A stretch of DNA of 64,000 bases from Lytechinus pictus (GCF_037042905.1 NC_087250.1:23934001-23998000), one strand, 5' to 3'; counted from the first letter of the stretch, positions 24,348 through 37,326 are shown. Notes: generated by a model not told the origin, from the letters alone. Translations and numbers: made by a program.

Positions 24348-24780
24348 ATTATCGTTTTTTCCCAAAGTAATGTAATTCAGAACTTAATATGTAAATGTGT
24401 TTATTAATTTCTCTTTGTATATATGTTTAATCGTTTTATGATCTCTGTATACAGTGTATACTGAATCATTTATTTTTATTATTATTTAATTTTATTTTTA
24501 TTTTTTTTATTCATTATATATATATATATTGTTTATTTCTTTATTTTATCTTATTTTTAATTCATAAAATTTACTTATAAAAGGGGGCCTTCACCCTACA
24601 AGCTCTGCTTTTTAGTTGGTCTCCTTCCCTTTCGATTTCATGGTATTATTGTATTATAAAAAAATGATTTAAATGTTATATTTTGTAAATATGTATATTG
24701 AACTATCATTGTAAATGTAAAAAGATTGAAAGAGAAAATAAATGAATTGAATTGAAAAAAAAAAAAATTGAATTGAATTA
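22548..24780 (+). mobile_element. 5'-truncated LINE with 3'UTR and (ATTGA)n/poly-A tail
   Basis: RT ORF, AT-rich UTR, AATAAA followed by TGAATTGAATTG(A)nTTGAATTGAATT. Confidence 0.9.
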
Positions 24781-26141
24781 AACATTGAACTGTGGGAGAG
24801 ATGCAAAAAAAATGGCAGGGACAATGATTTACAAGCCAAGCGCTGATCGATTTTCAAGTCATTATCAGAAAAAGGAGGTGAAAGAACGGGAAGGGGAAAA
24901 AATGCAATGAAAGAAAGAAATTATATAGAGAAAGAAAGAACGTAGGGGAGGGGGGTTGGGTGGGGATCGAGCTGCATGGGAACGAGTCGTTGGGAATTTG
25001 TCTAGTCTGACAAACTTTATTATTGCAATTCTTTGTTTCTAACTTGACAACCAAACGATACACGTCCCTCATGAATAACCGGATATATATTGTCACTCGG
25101 ACTGTTATGAGTGAGAGAAAAGCAAAAAAACCCAAAACAAACATGTTGCGATATCGGCCTAAATTAATTGCATCATAATTCATAGTGCATTGAAGTAATA
25201 TTATTTCTTCACACACACTTTCTTGTGAAAATGCCTATTTGTTCAACTGCATGGCCTATCCCTTCCCCAATAGGCCTACCCCCCCCCCAACCTCACCAAT
25301 CGCATAGGGTGGACAAAATAATACTGCACGAGCAAGTATTTGGCCTTCGGCTGTATAAAACGTGTAATTTTTGTTTGTCAACGAAACAAAGTACGAATCT
25401 CTTGTAATGAAAAGATCTCTGACTTCATAATTTTATAAAGTCAAAACTTATTCCCAAAATATTTTATGAATGTGAGAAAGACCAGCGGTCGAGAATACAG
25501 CATATACGCCAGTTTTCCCAAATTTTTCTTTCCACATGTAAATTGGCGGATCAGGGCTGGGGGCGACCAAGGTATATTTTGAAAATTGCTCATAGACATA
25601 CATTTTTATTTATTTACTTTAATAATTGTATGCATTTATTCATTCATTCATGCATGGTCATTTATCATATATTCTGTTTCATTTCCCCAGTGTAAGAGAG
25701 TCTTGCACAATAGAGCTAAATGTACGAAAATTGCCATTATAAAATATGGGCCCGTCTGTTTTGCTGTTTCCACCAATTTTTATTTCAAAATCCAAAATGA
25801 TACATTTTCTTTTGTTCCACGTTCCAATAAATAAAAAATCTTACTTGACATCTAACACGAAACGAGTGACCATTTTTGAACTTTCTTCACAACGTAAAAT
25901 TTTATAAGAATCTTTTTACTATAATTGGCGACCTTGCCTGACACAGTCCAATTCGATATTGCCATAAACTATATAAATCGCTCTTGTACCATGATTGGTA
26001 TACCCTGGCCAAATGGCACTGGATGCATGATCAGTTTCAAGTTTCCAATTTGCACCTTTCTAATGAGTCTGAGCAGAAACACAAGTAAAGAACTGTATAT
26101 AGCTCCTTTATAGAGGCATATTTACAAATGATATGTTGGGT

Positions 26142-28553
26142 ACAGGGGCGGATCCAGCTTCGCTGATATGGGGGGGGGGGATTTTTCAGTCACATTTTCC
26201 ACAATCGGCCGCTCGAAGTTGATTTATGTATGTTTATTTGAAGGGGTAGTCCATTAGCTGTATTCCTATAAATCAACATAAATATTTAATAATCTCATAA
26301 GCCTTATATAAATAGTTCGAGCGCGAAGCGCGAGCTAATTTTGTATTTGAAATTTTAACATTCTGGGCAATGTTTGTGAGCCTGAACGAATCGTGTATAT
26401 ATGCAACTAAATAATTACTGCGAAGCGTGAACAGAAATTTTAAATATACGTTTTGATCTGATCGAAAAGGAACCATGCACCTGTCAAGGACGTCTTGCAG
26501 TTAGCCATGAATGCGTTGCATATATCAACAATCAAATAGAAGTACATTTTTACCTAAAGAAGGGAAATTCTAAGCTTTTTTGTAAACGTAAACAGGATAT
26601 GTATATCACTGAACTATTGATGCGAGGGCGAAGCGCAAGAGTAAAAAAAAGAGATTTAGACTAAAACGGGACACATCATTCATGTTTTGTAAATAATGAA
26701 AAGGATGAGTAATTTGGGATCTTTCTAGATTAATAACATGAATAATGCGAGCGCGGATCCAGGGCGAAGTTCCCGGGTCCCTCTAGGAGTGGGGAAAATA
26801 AAAAAAGGGAAAAGAGAGGAGAAAAAAAGGAGGAAAAGAGGAGGAAGACAAATGAAAAAAATAAGGTGAGAAGAAGACTTGGAAAATACAAAAAAAATAA
26901 GAATCTTTCATATCACTATATGAATTTTTCGCTCGCACTTGCATGTTTGATATCGAGATACAAATAATCCTCAATGGGCTGATATGGAGCTGAAAATATC
27001 ACGTTGCTTGATTTACAAATTGATTTTTTTTTAATGTGCAGCCGTAGTCCGTTTATGGTCTGATCGAGTATCAATGCAGCTCGCGCTACGCGCTCGCATT
27101 ATTTGTCAAGTACCCAATATCTAGTCTTCGTATTTACAATAAATTCTCAAAATATTCTTATTCAGGTCTGATTGTCAAAACATATCAGCTCTGATTGTCA
27201 AAACCTATCAGCTAGCGCTGCGCGCTCACATTTCGATTGGTTAGTTATTTATCTCTATAACAAACTATTTAAAATCCCTTTTCATGACAATTTATTTAAA
27301 AAAAATCGGTTCGTGATTTGCGCTCGCATTAATTGTTAAAGATATATCAACCAATGCCTTCTATTCATAAATAGAAAAATACTTAAAATATCCAGTTTTC
27401 AGAAATTGATATTAACAAATTTCTCGCTCTTATTGGGCTTATTAGAGTAATAAATAAGATAATAACAATAACATTTCATGAATTGCTAATAACTATATTG
27501 TCTTTTTTTATAATTGAAAGAATTTTCATCTCGCGCTTGGGGACACTTAATATAGGTAGATAATTTCTATTTTCATATGACAAAATGTCCTTAGAATGTT
27601 CCCGTCCTAGGTCAGAATAATTTCCGAAAAATATCCGCTCGAGCTTCGCGCTTGAATCATTTATTGAGTGCGATCCACATCCAGTCAGTTTCATTTTCAG
27701 TGTTTGAAATAGTTTTCAGATTAGAATTCTGCTCGCACTTCCCGCTCGCATTACGTAGGAAGATGCCTAATTACCCATCTTCACGCCTTACAAAACATGA
27801 ACTAGTGTCCCGTTTTTAGCTCTAAATCTTAATTTTCCCCATCGCGCTTATCGCTCGTATTGTCTAGTTATATACCTATTCAGTTCAGGATTAATGCTTA
27901 GAATGTCAATTTTCTTGTTGGAATGTCAAAAATGTTCAGCCCGCACTTCGCGCTCGCATTATTCCATTCTTGAAATAGGCCATCATAATTATATAGGCCT
28001 ATGTATCGTCTTCATGGCTACTACAATCAGAACAGGTCCCTTGTTTATCAGGCCAGAATATATATGAAAAAAAAATCTGCTCGTGCTTCGTATTTGCAGT
28101 ATAGTTATTAGTTAGATGTTTTATTTTCAGGACAAAATATGACATTTACGAAAAATTTTAACTCGCGCATCACTCGCACTATATTGAATAGTACGTATAG
28201 GATTATACATTTCAGGGGTCGCGGAAGCGAGGGGGGGCTCCAGCCCCTGCTTTTTTCCATAACCGTGTTCAAAAAAGTAAAAATGACCATTTGATTGTGA
28301 TTTTTTGCATGGTCACCCCCCCCCAAAAAAAAACAAAAACATTTGACTCAGCCCCCCCCCCCTCACTTTGAAAACCATTCTGCGGCCCCTGCATTTATGT
28401 TGTTTTATAAGAATAAAGCTGACTGTTAGGTCTACACCTTCAAAGAAAGAAACAAACAAAAATCAACTCAGAGCGGTCGATCGTGGAAAATAATGGGTGA
28501 AAAATTCCCCCCCCCCCATATTCGTGATATTGGCCGCGAAATTGATCTGCCTC
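26142..28553. mobile_element. Two abutting copies of the same GC-hairpin TIR family, with nested MITE 28213-28391
   Basis: CAGGGGCGGATCCAG start; GATCTGCCTCTG end; nested MITE CAGGGGTCGCGGAA...GCGGCCCCTG with CATTT duplication. Confidence 0.65.
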
Positions 28554-29582
28554 TGCTATCATGTTAGCTCGTTCCATTCTTATTTCCTGTTTCCCTTGCC
28601 TCATTTGTTCTTTCTTTTCCTTTACTTGTTATCCTCTTTTTTTTACCTTTCCCTTTCTTCTTTTCTCCCTTTTCCCACTTCCAAATTAATTTCCCTTCCC
28701 CAATGCATGCGCTGAAATATGACGTGAAAGACATGAACACATCGTACACGCAAAACTGTGTATGAACAGAATGCATAGAGTTGGATAAAGCGTGAGAGAA
28801 TGTCAGGCCGAAGCGCCGAGCTGAGCGAGCGTGACCAATGTCCATCGCATCGCATCGCATGCAGCATGCAGTATAATGTATCTCGCAGTTTCAAGAACCA
28901 TGAACCAATCTTGTCGCACGTGGAAATTTGTAGCCAAAATTTTGACAGACTCATCTCTAATACGTTTTCATGAACGTCAAAATAAACTACTGTAACATGT
29001 GAACTACAGGTTGGAGGGACAGCATAAGGGGTAAGTTAGTCCACATTTTTAAAAATAATTATCTAACCCATCTAACAAAAATTCAACGGTTTCCTGTGCT
29101 CCTCGCCGAACTCGCTGGGGGAGAAACTCGACGGAGGCCATGCTAAAACTAAGAACAATGATCGACGAGCGGGTACACGGAATTAGCAGACTACGCTCGC
29201 AGGGATATTTCGGTTTGCTAAAAGTGGAACGGCTAGTGATCAACTAACAGGGGGAAAAATCAGTCGTGGACGAAAGTGGGCGCTATATAAGTGCGCATAA
29301 ATTCAGCGAACTGTCTTTGAAATTCAGCCGAGGAGAATGATTTTATTTCTCGGAGTTTATTTAAAATTTAATATTTCCAAGAAGAAATTCTGTCAATTTC
29401 GCATTGAATCATCATCAGCAATCGTTATTCAATAGGAAAGATCCATTCAACTGGAATTTTTGTATCCTTTACCAACACTATCCACGAGCTTTAAACAAAT
29501 GCCCCCCAAGGAATAAGAATTAAGAATATCTATCCCTCCTTTGTGCTTATCCCTTTTTTCTATTTCTTTCTATGTTATGTAT

Positions 29583-29732
29583 CAGGGGCCGCGGAACCGG
29601 GGGCTGGGGGCTTCAGCCCCCCCCCCTCCCCCTTTTTTTTCCAAAACCGTGTACAAAAACGTAAAAATGACCATATGATTGTGATATTTAGCATGGTCAG
29701 CCCCCACTTTGAAAACCGTTCCGCGGCCCTTG
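29583..29732. mobile_element. MITE (same family as 28213-28391)
   Basis: TIR CAGGGGCCGCGGAAC / GTTCCGCGGCCCTTG. Confidence 0.7.
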
Positions 29733-29856
29733 TTTATGTCATGTAGTATATCAAATTTACTTTGCAATATATATATTATAATATACACATTGGTAAATTG
29801 ACGTCTTCATCCTGTGCTACAATTGTTATGCGCATGAAAGTACGAATTAATTTAAA

Positions 29857-30286
29857 TGTCGCAATATCGGAGCAATTTACGGCGGAGCAGATGTAGGCGG
29901 AGCAAACATTGACGGAGCAGATATCGGCGGAGCAATTGTCGCGATGCAATTTTCGGCGGAGCAGATGTCGGCGGAGCAATTATTGGCGGAGCAGATGTCG
30001 GCGGAGCAAATATCGGCGGAGCAATTGTCGTATAATCAGAGCAGATGTCGGCGGAGCAATTTTCGGCGGAGCAGATGTCGGCGGAGCAAATATCGGCGGA
30101 GCATATGTCGACGGAGCAAATATCGGCGGAGCAAGTGTCGACGGAGCAAATATCGGTGGAGCAAGTGTCGACGGAGCAACTGTCGGCGGAGCAACTGTCC
30201 GGAGCAATTGTCGGCGGAGCAGTTGTCGTATTTTGCGTAACAGTTGTCGGCGGAGCAGATGTCGGCGGAGCAATTGTCGGGTCACC
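29857..30286 (-). repeat. Right TIR, 15-bp tandem repeat domain
   Basis: Reverse complement of the left arm, with the same order of repeat variants. Confidence 0.95.
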
Positions 30287-30959
30287 ACTTGGACATTAGG
30301 TTAATCAAGTACCGCTGAATATCCTGTGCGAGTTTCAGGTCACATGACCATGGTCAATGGTCATTTAAGGTCAATGAACTTTGGCCGTGTTGGGGGTCTT
30401 TGTTAAATTACCATCCTAACTCTGAAGTTTATGGATCTATTTCATAAAAATTGGGATATAAGAGTAATCAAGTATCACTGAACATCCCCTGTGAGTTTCA
30501 GGTCACAAAACCAAGGTCAAAGGTCAGTTAAGGTCAATAAACTTAGGCCATGTTGGGGTAATTGTTGAATTGCCATCATAACTTTGAAAGTTTATGGATA
30601 GAGTGAATGAAATGTAGACATGGGTGTAGTTGACAAGTCTTAAGTCACCGTTCAAATGTCATCTATGGTCAATGAAAGTGTTATTATGTCATTATATGAA
30701 TGGTGTTTTTGTGAATGATTATCTTACAGTAGTTTTCAAAGTTAGCACTGCTGCTATATTAAATCGCGTAATGCAGGCGAGACTGCCAGAGGCGTTCCAC
30801 TTGTTACTAGTATGGTTCATTCGCTTTACAACAAATAGTAATAAAAAGTTCTTGGGATCCTTTTTTGTTAGTATCAATTATCAATATCAGAGGAATTTGG
30901 TTTGATTTATAATTTATTTTTATTTTTTATATACATTTTTTTGCATTGTTCATTTACAG

Positions 30960-31100
30960 GTCGCTGCTGCTCAGAGGAAGTTGCGTGTTGGTAGCGCTCA
31001 CACAGCAGACCATGATAAGATTGAGGAGCAGCGAAAATGGCTTGACACAGAGGTTGAGAAGGTGCTCCAGAGGAAGAAAAAGATGAAAGAATTAGAAGAG
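30960..31100 (+). CDS. KIF27: KIF27-like exon 11 (after 20.1-kb intron)
   Basis: VAAAQRKLR...KIEEQRKWLDTEVEKVLQ; continues KTEE|VAAAQRK motif directly; phase 0-0. Confidence 0.9.
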
Positions 31101-31693
31101 GTACAGTAAAGATGAATAACAATTTCAAAATGAGTTGGGACAGAATTCAATGAAGTGACCAACCAAATGTCTGTTTGCGTAAATGAAAGTCCTGTAATCA
31201 CAAAACAGGCTTCCTCCAAACTGGTCATCGTGTTACTCATTAGAAGAGGTAGTTTAAAGATGAATGCCGGTTGTGGTAACAATTTCAAAATGAGTTGGGA
31301 CAGAATCCAATGAAATGACCACTCGAATATCTGTTTAGTAATACATAAAATAAAAATATGTGCCTCAGGATTCTGGAAAGATCTGCGTTATTGCTGAGAA
31401 ATTAGCAAGAATACGCATTGGATTTGAATACAAATGTTGGTTATTTTTCCAAGCACTAATGATACATTGTCCCACATGTGCTTTTCTGTGTTGGCTTTCT
31501 ACAGTGTGATTGTTTTTTCAGCTTAGATTTCGTGATTTCTCTCAGTTCATTTTATGTAACTGTACAATATCTAGATTCATGATGATAAAGTGACAAACAT
31601 TGATTTTACAGATTTTCTCATGAAATCATTGTTTACTGCAACTATATTCAAATCTGTTCATTTTATTGTCATGTATATTTTCAACACTTACAG

Positions 31694-31798
31694 GAGCTGA
31701 AGAAACGTGAAATGAATCTTGCCAAGAAAGAACTGATGTTAAGAGAGAGAGGTGAACTAGAGATAAAGAAACTTAGATCAAGCCAGTCAATATCAAGG
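31694..31798 (+). CDS. KIF27: KIF27-like exon 12
   Basis: ELKKREMNLAKKELMLRERGELEIKKLRSSQSISR; conserved 'KLRSSQ'. Confidence 0.9.
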
Positions 31799-32252
31799 GT
31801 TAGTATAAGAAGAAGAGGAGAGACTAAAAGAAAGAGAAGGGGGTAGAGAATCACCATTCATTATTTTGTATTTTTTGTTATAAAAAAATACTGCAGGTAT
31901 GAAAAATACTCGCTCCCCAAAACAGCAATTAATAATAAAAAAAAGAGAAAAAGACAGCAATATTTGATCGAAATAATGTTTTTCACCCAAAATCCTTTTT
32001 TGTTCCCTCAAAATTCTTTACGATTTTGGCATCCTCATGAAGTGGGAAGGAGGGGGTGGGGGAGGTACGTGTAAAGCCTAGAAATACAAGTCATTTTTTT
32101 TTTACATTGAAATGTCATCATATGAATGTACTGTCATATCATGCTTTTATTGTTAGATACCCAATCATGCTAGAGATAAATGGAATGTCCACTTAGACAA
32201 ATTTTCAAACCATTTTCCGAATCATAACCATAATTTTGTTTTTTAATATCAG

Positions 32253-32386
32253 GATATGACTGGTTTGGTATCACAGTTGCAGTCCGTGGAGAGAGAGATT
32301 GAGGAGAAGAGCAACACGCTGAGAGTGAGTTTAGATGCTCAGAAACCAGTGATAGGCAAAGAGATACTGGGATTCAAGGCTGAAAG
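32253..32386 (+). CDS. KIF27: KIF27-like exon 13
   Basis: DMTGLVSQLQSVEREIEEK...GFKAE ag|GTgag; phase 0-2. Confidence 0.87.
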
Positions 32387-32397
32387 GTGAGGGAATG

Positions 32398-33140
32398 GAG
32401 GATGATGATGGTGATGATAATGATGATGATGATGACGATGGTGTTGATGGTGTTGATGATGATGAAGGTGATGTGGATGATGGTGATGATGATGATGAGG
32501 ATGATGATGGTGATGAAGATGATGGTGATGATGGTGATGAGGATGGTGATGATGATGATGGTGATGAGGATGGTGATGATGATGATGGTGATGATGATGA
32601 TGGTGATGATGACGATGGTGATGAGGATGATGGTGATGATGATGATGATGATGAGGAGGAGGAGGAGGAGGATGACGACGACGATGATGATTATGATGAT
32701 GGTGATGTTGATAATGATAGTTACGGACGGTGGTGATAATGATATTGGTGGTGCTATTGATGGGTGTTTTGATGGTAGTGGGGATGATGATGCTGATGAT
32801 GATGATGATGATAATGATGAAGGTGATGATGATAATAAAGGTGATGATGATGACGGTTATGGTGATGATGATGATGATGATGATGATAATAGTAATGATG
32901 ATAATGATGATAATGAAGGTGATGTTGATGATGATGGTGATGATGATGATGGTGATGATGATGATGACAGTGATGATGATGATGAGGAAGGTGATGATGA
33001 TGAAGGTGGTGATGATGTTGATGATGATGATGGTGATGATGATGATGGGGATGATGGTGATGATGATGATGATGAAGGTGATGATGATGAAGGTGATGAT
33101 GATTAAGGTGATGATTGATTATGTTGATGGTAATGATGAC
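32398..33140 (+). repeat. (GAT/GGT)n microsatellite
   Basis: Direct reading. Confidence 0.95.
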
Positions 33141-33338
33141 AGGGTTTGATTCTCATGACCATACTCCAAACTAATTTCAATTTGGAAATAACACCCATTG
33201 CTATAGATCTCTCAAACTACTCTAAATTTATTTTCCCCTTGTCATCCTAGCCAAGCTACAATGTAATCCAAACATAGTATAACAAAGAAATTAGAACCCA
33301 TATTTTTTCTAACTCACATTGTATTTCATTTCTTTCAG

Positions 33339-33419
33339 AGAGAGGCTTCTTCAACAGAGGGTCCAGCTTGATGAAAAACTTCAACATGGAACACTGCTAT
33401 CAGCTACGGAAGAGAGAAG
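33339..33419 (+). CDS. KIF27: KIF27-like exon 14
   Basis: ERLLQQRVQLDEKLQHGTLLSATEER; phase 2-2. Confidence 0.9.
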
Positions 33420-34139
33420 GTGAGATATTTGATCTGTCTTCCATTGATTTAAAGCAGACACAAACCAGTAGCCACCTCAAGTCCTTAACTTCCCCAATCT
33501 GGCCAGGTTGCTAACCCATAATGCAGCATTCTGGACAGTGTAGTCTTGTCATTTAGACCCATTGGAACGATATCACACTGATTCACTTCTCAATACATCT
33601 ATACCGATATCATAACTTGTTTACCAAATATTTAAACAGGTACTTTTCCCCTTAAAACAGTTTAGATTATCTAGAATTGTAAAATTGTAAGCTAATTTAT
33701 TCTCTGTATTTCTCTGCATTATTAATAGTTATCTCTCAAAATGTATGTTTTAAGACTAGCTTCTTACAACACACAGTGAATGAGAGACCACACAAAGTTC
33801 GCTCCCTCTTTAAAGCAAGTAGGATTTAGTCTGGTCAATATTTGATTTCACTGTTTGTTGATTATCACCCGCAAAACATCGGCAATAACTCTATAAATCA
33901 CTGAATCTGTAAATTCATGATTAATCATGAGCTGCTATTCCATGAGAGCAAGAAAGGGGGAAATGAGAGTAAGGCTTTCATTGCTGTGTCCTTTTTTTAA
34001 AAGTGGGCATATTGGTACCAACTTATGACATTTGTGGTCAATAAAGTGATTATCTTTTCATAGCTGACAATATTTCTGTCATATGGTGGTACTTTGATTT
34101 GTCAACATGATCATAAAACCATTATGGAATAGCGCCAAG

Positions 34140-34772
34140 TATGGTTGGAACTACCCCTTATCGACCACCTAATCTTCTAAGCATCGTATCTGCGAAAATA
34201 TTCATCAATTTTACCCAGTTTTCGTCTCATTTGTGCAGAAAATTTAACAGATCAGATTCCCATGTTTCGCTCGGCGACTCCGATTCAATCCGCGTATATA
34301 TCGACGATCAACGAATGCGACGATTTTCCATTTGCTCATTTGCACCCGTCTTTTGAAACCGACCACCCGCGGTACACTAAGTTTACGGCCGATTCTTGTC
34401 GCGGTGGCGAAATATTTTTACTCTTTCAAATCAGTTCCATGACGTCAACATGCTAAATGGTCGCTTCACCACTTCCACTGCGAGCTCCGGCGCATGATTC
34501 GACGATTGACGACGGTCATTTGTTCTAAAGCCGTTTCCTATCGGATTTCTTGGTTTTTCAGCGGGTTTTGGGTTTGGTCAATACAATTTTGATTAATTCT
34601 ACAAAATTTTTACTTTTTGTTGCTTCTTTTTTCTCGTAAAATCGATTCTTACCGTTTCTATGGACACTGCGCCTACTCTCCCGCGCGTATCGTTTGTAAT
34701 ACGCAATAATTTTAACGCGCGCAAGGTGGTCGGTTTCAAAAGAGGTGGTCGATATGTGGTAGTCTCACCATA
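34140..34772. mobile_element. TIR element with TATGG termini
   Basis: TATGGTTGGAACTACCCCTTATCGACCACCT / AGGTGGTCGATATGTGGTAGTCTCACCATA; no clean TSD. Confidence 0.7.
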
Positions 34773-35089
34773 CTAGTAGGATCTTCACACTCCTAGAATC
34801 TTCAAATTATTAAAACAAGCACCTGGACAAAAGACAAGTTCCTGTCTACCATTGCATTCTCTGTGCATTATACTAGCTGTGACCAGTCAAAACTTCCAGC
34901 TATCAAACTTTAACTTTGATAAGGAAAAAGATAAGTAGAATTTGTGACAATTATAGATGTTATCAGATTGATTGAGTTAGGGGCTTGGAAGCACTTGAGG
35001 CAGCCAATGAATATAAGAATGGTATGAAATCAACAAAAACTAATGATCTTGCTTCAAACCTAGGACTAATCCCACTACTGTTTAGGTTA

Positions 35090-35370
35090 CCGTAATAATC
35101 ATAAAAAAATTAGCGCCTATCACTTTATCAGAAGTCTCTAAGCGTTCTACAGTATTGAAGCTCAATTACCCTGGTCTTAGCGGAATGGCTGTTACGCGCT
35201 CTGCATATCAAGAAATAAAATCCGATCAGGTACCCATTCACCTCACCTTGGTTGAGTGCAGCACAATGTGGGTAAATTTCTTGCTGAAGGAAAACACAAC
35301 ATGGCTTGGAATCGAACCCACGTCCTTCAGATTGAAAGACTAGTCATAACCACTAAACCACGATACCCCT
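35090..35370 (-). mobile_element. SINE
   Basis: Core plus ATCGAACCCACG B box on the minus strand. Confidence 0.8.
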
Positions 35371-35603
35371 ACTGTATTGAGCTTTTATGTAGTTGAAATT
35401 GTCATCCCAAAACTTCAAGAATTCCACCTTACATACTAAATAACTTTAATTAAAGTGAGAATGTTAAATTTGATTTTTTGTAAATTCTTCAGCTCTCAAA
35501 TGAGGTTGTATTCATAGGTCTAGAAACATGAGAAGAATTTGATTGCTAGCTGACTGTTTTTATCATTGTCCAAACTTTCATTATTTCCTTTTAACATCCT
35601 CAG

Positions 35604-35712
35604 ATTGATAGAGTTAGATGAAGGTGTAGAAGCACTAGAAGCAGCTATTGAATATAAGAATGACATCATATCAACAAAGAAGAAAGAATTACGGAAGAAC
35701 GACCTTACACAA
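35604..35712 (+). CDS. KIF27: KIF27-like exon 15
   Basis: LIELDEGVEALEAAIEYKND; conserved 'EALxAAIEYKN'; phase 2-0. Confidence 0.9.
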
Positions 35713-36388
35713 GTAAGTCCTTGTGTAATCATAATTTTGACATAAGATAGAAGGATAATAAATGTAGCTTACAGTGGATCATTGTGATTGATTTTCATAA
35801 TATTAGATAACTTTGCTTGTATTTATATCCATTATTTCTTCGACTTCAGTTTTATAAATCTCTGATTTAGAGTTGGATAGATTTTCCCTTTTTTCACAAA
35901 TGAGATACTTTCTCCCCATTTCCTATAATTTTGCCTTTTAATATAAGAGAGGCTTTTGAGTATCGTGTTTAACATACCAGGATGATGGAAGCAGTTAGGA
36001 TTTTTCATCATATTTGCAAATCGAACAGAGGCCATTCTCTGTTTTTCACATATATAGATTAATGAGATGCATCAGCTGTATGTCTTCTGATCTTCATTTT
36101 ATTCTTTTTTTTTTCTAGTGTAGAGTATTAAAACAATATTAATTTTTTGTCTGAACAGTCTTATTTGAAGAGAATGAGCTGTGCCAATTTCCATGCTTCT
36201 TTCTGTAGAGTGAAGTGAAGTTACTGATATGTCTGAACAGTCTTATTTGAAGAGAATGGGCTGTGCCAATTTCCATGATTCTTTCTGTAGAGTGAAGCGA
36301 TGTTACTGATTTGTCTGAACAGTCTTATTTGAAGAGAATGAAGTTTGCCCATTGTATGATTCTCTTTAATCCACGTTTCGTTCTGTAG

Positions 36389-36526
36389 AGTGAAGCGATG
36401 TTAATGAGTCGTCTGAACAGTCTTGCCCCTAATGAGACCAAGAGCCTTCTTGCCAAATACTTTGAAAAGGTCATTGACCTTAGAGAAGGAGACAGAAGAA
36501 AGGAGTTAGAAATCAGTGAATTAGAG
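36389..36526 (+). CDS. KIF27: KIF27-like exon 16
   Basis: SEAMLMSRLNSLAPNETKSLLAKYFEKVIDLRE; conserved 'KYFxKVxxLRE'. Confidence 0.9.
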
Positions 36527-36878
36527 GTAAAAAAATATATAATATTCATCTTTCTTCATTAGAAACTTTCAAACATAAACTGAAGTCATATCTTTTCTAG
36601 TATTATCATTTTTTTGCACTATGATGCTCATCAAATCTCTTGTACTTTCTATTTTCATTTGTTATAATAAGATGGTACTTTGAATGCATATTATTATCCT
36701 CGTTATTCCAATTTTTTATTTTTATTATTTTTTTTTTTGGGGGGGGCTTCATCATTGAAAGCAGAAAAAAAATTAGTGTAACAAATCAATGGAGGTTTTG
36801 AAAAAAACTGTGGAAAAAGTATTGCAGTTACATGGTATAATTTGTTTTTTCGTTGTCAATCACAAGGTGTTCCATGTA

Positions 36879-37108
36879 CAGTGGTGGTAAAAGCTTAGTG
36901 AACTTCACCACAAAATGCACTCCTTCATGCTGAGTGTCAAATGGAGACAACAGCACTACAATAATTGGCGAACCCAGAGAAGCAAAGTTTATTGAATGTA
37001 ATATTTTATCACCTGACTTCACAATTAGATATCTATAACGATGGCAGTTCTTGAACACTTCAATATTCTCATTTTCTGGTGGAGTTCACTCACTATTTAG
37101 CACTGCTG
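36879..37108. mobile_element. Tc1/mariner-like MITE
   Basis: TA|CAGTGGTG...CACTGCTG|TA; second copy at 47463-47961. Confidence 0.75.
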
Positions 37109-37326
37109 TATATCATGTGATGTAAATGCTGAAAGTGACATTTTTTTTCTCTGAAATTTGGAAATGATTTCACTTGTACATTTGTTGTATAATCAAGCTC
37201 ATTATCCCAAACATGCTTCTTTGTAAAGAAGTGCAGTGGTGGCTAAATGGATCATTGCATTCAGTGCAATGAACGGCAGCTCAAGCTTAATCTGGGATGA
37301 TATATCTGGATAGAGGGTGTATTTTG

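Larger units (their letters stand above)
12793..30286. mobile_element. 17.5-kb foldback/TU-like DNA transposon with 15-bp-repeat TIRs
   Basis: Perfect TSD ACTTGGAC (12785-12792, 30287-30294); ~400-bp inverted arms of TGCTCCGCCGACAAT-type 15-mers; interrupted host repeat resumes in register. Confidence 0.92.
10875..30805 (+). mobile_element. Family C element split by two insertions (pieces 10875-10941, 12195-12792, 30295-30805)
   Basis: Pieces join colinearly with the intact copy at 15102-16446. Confidence 0.85.
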
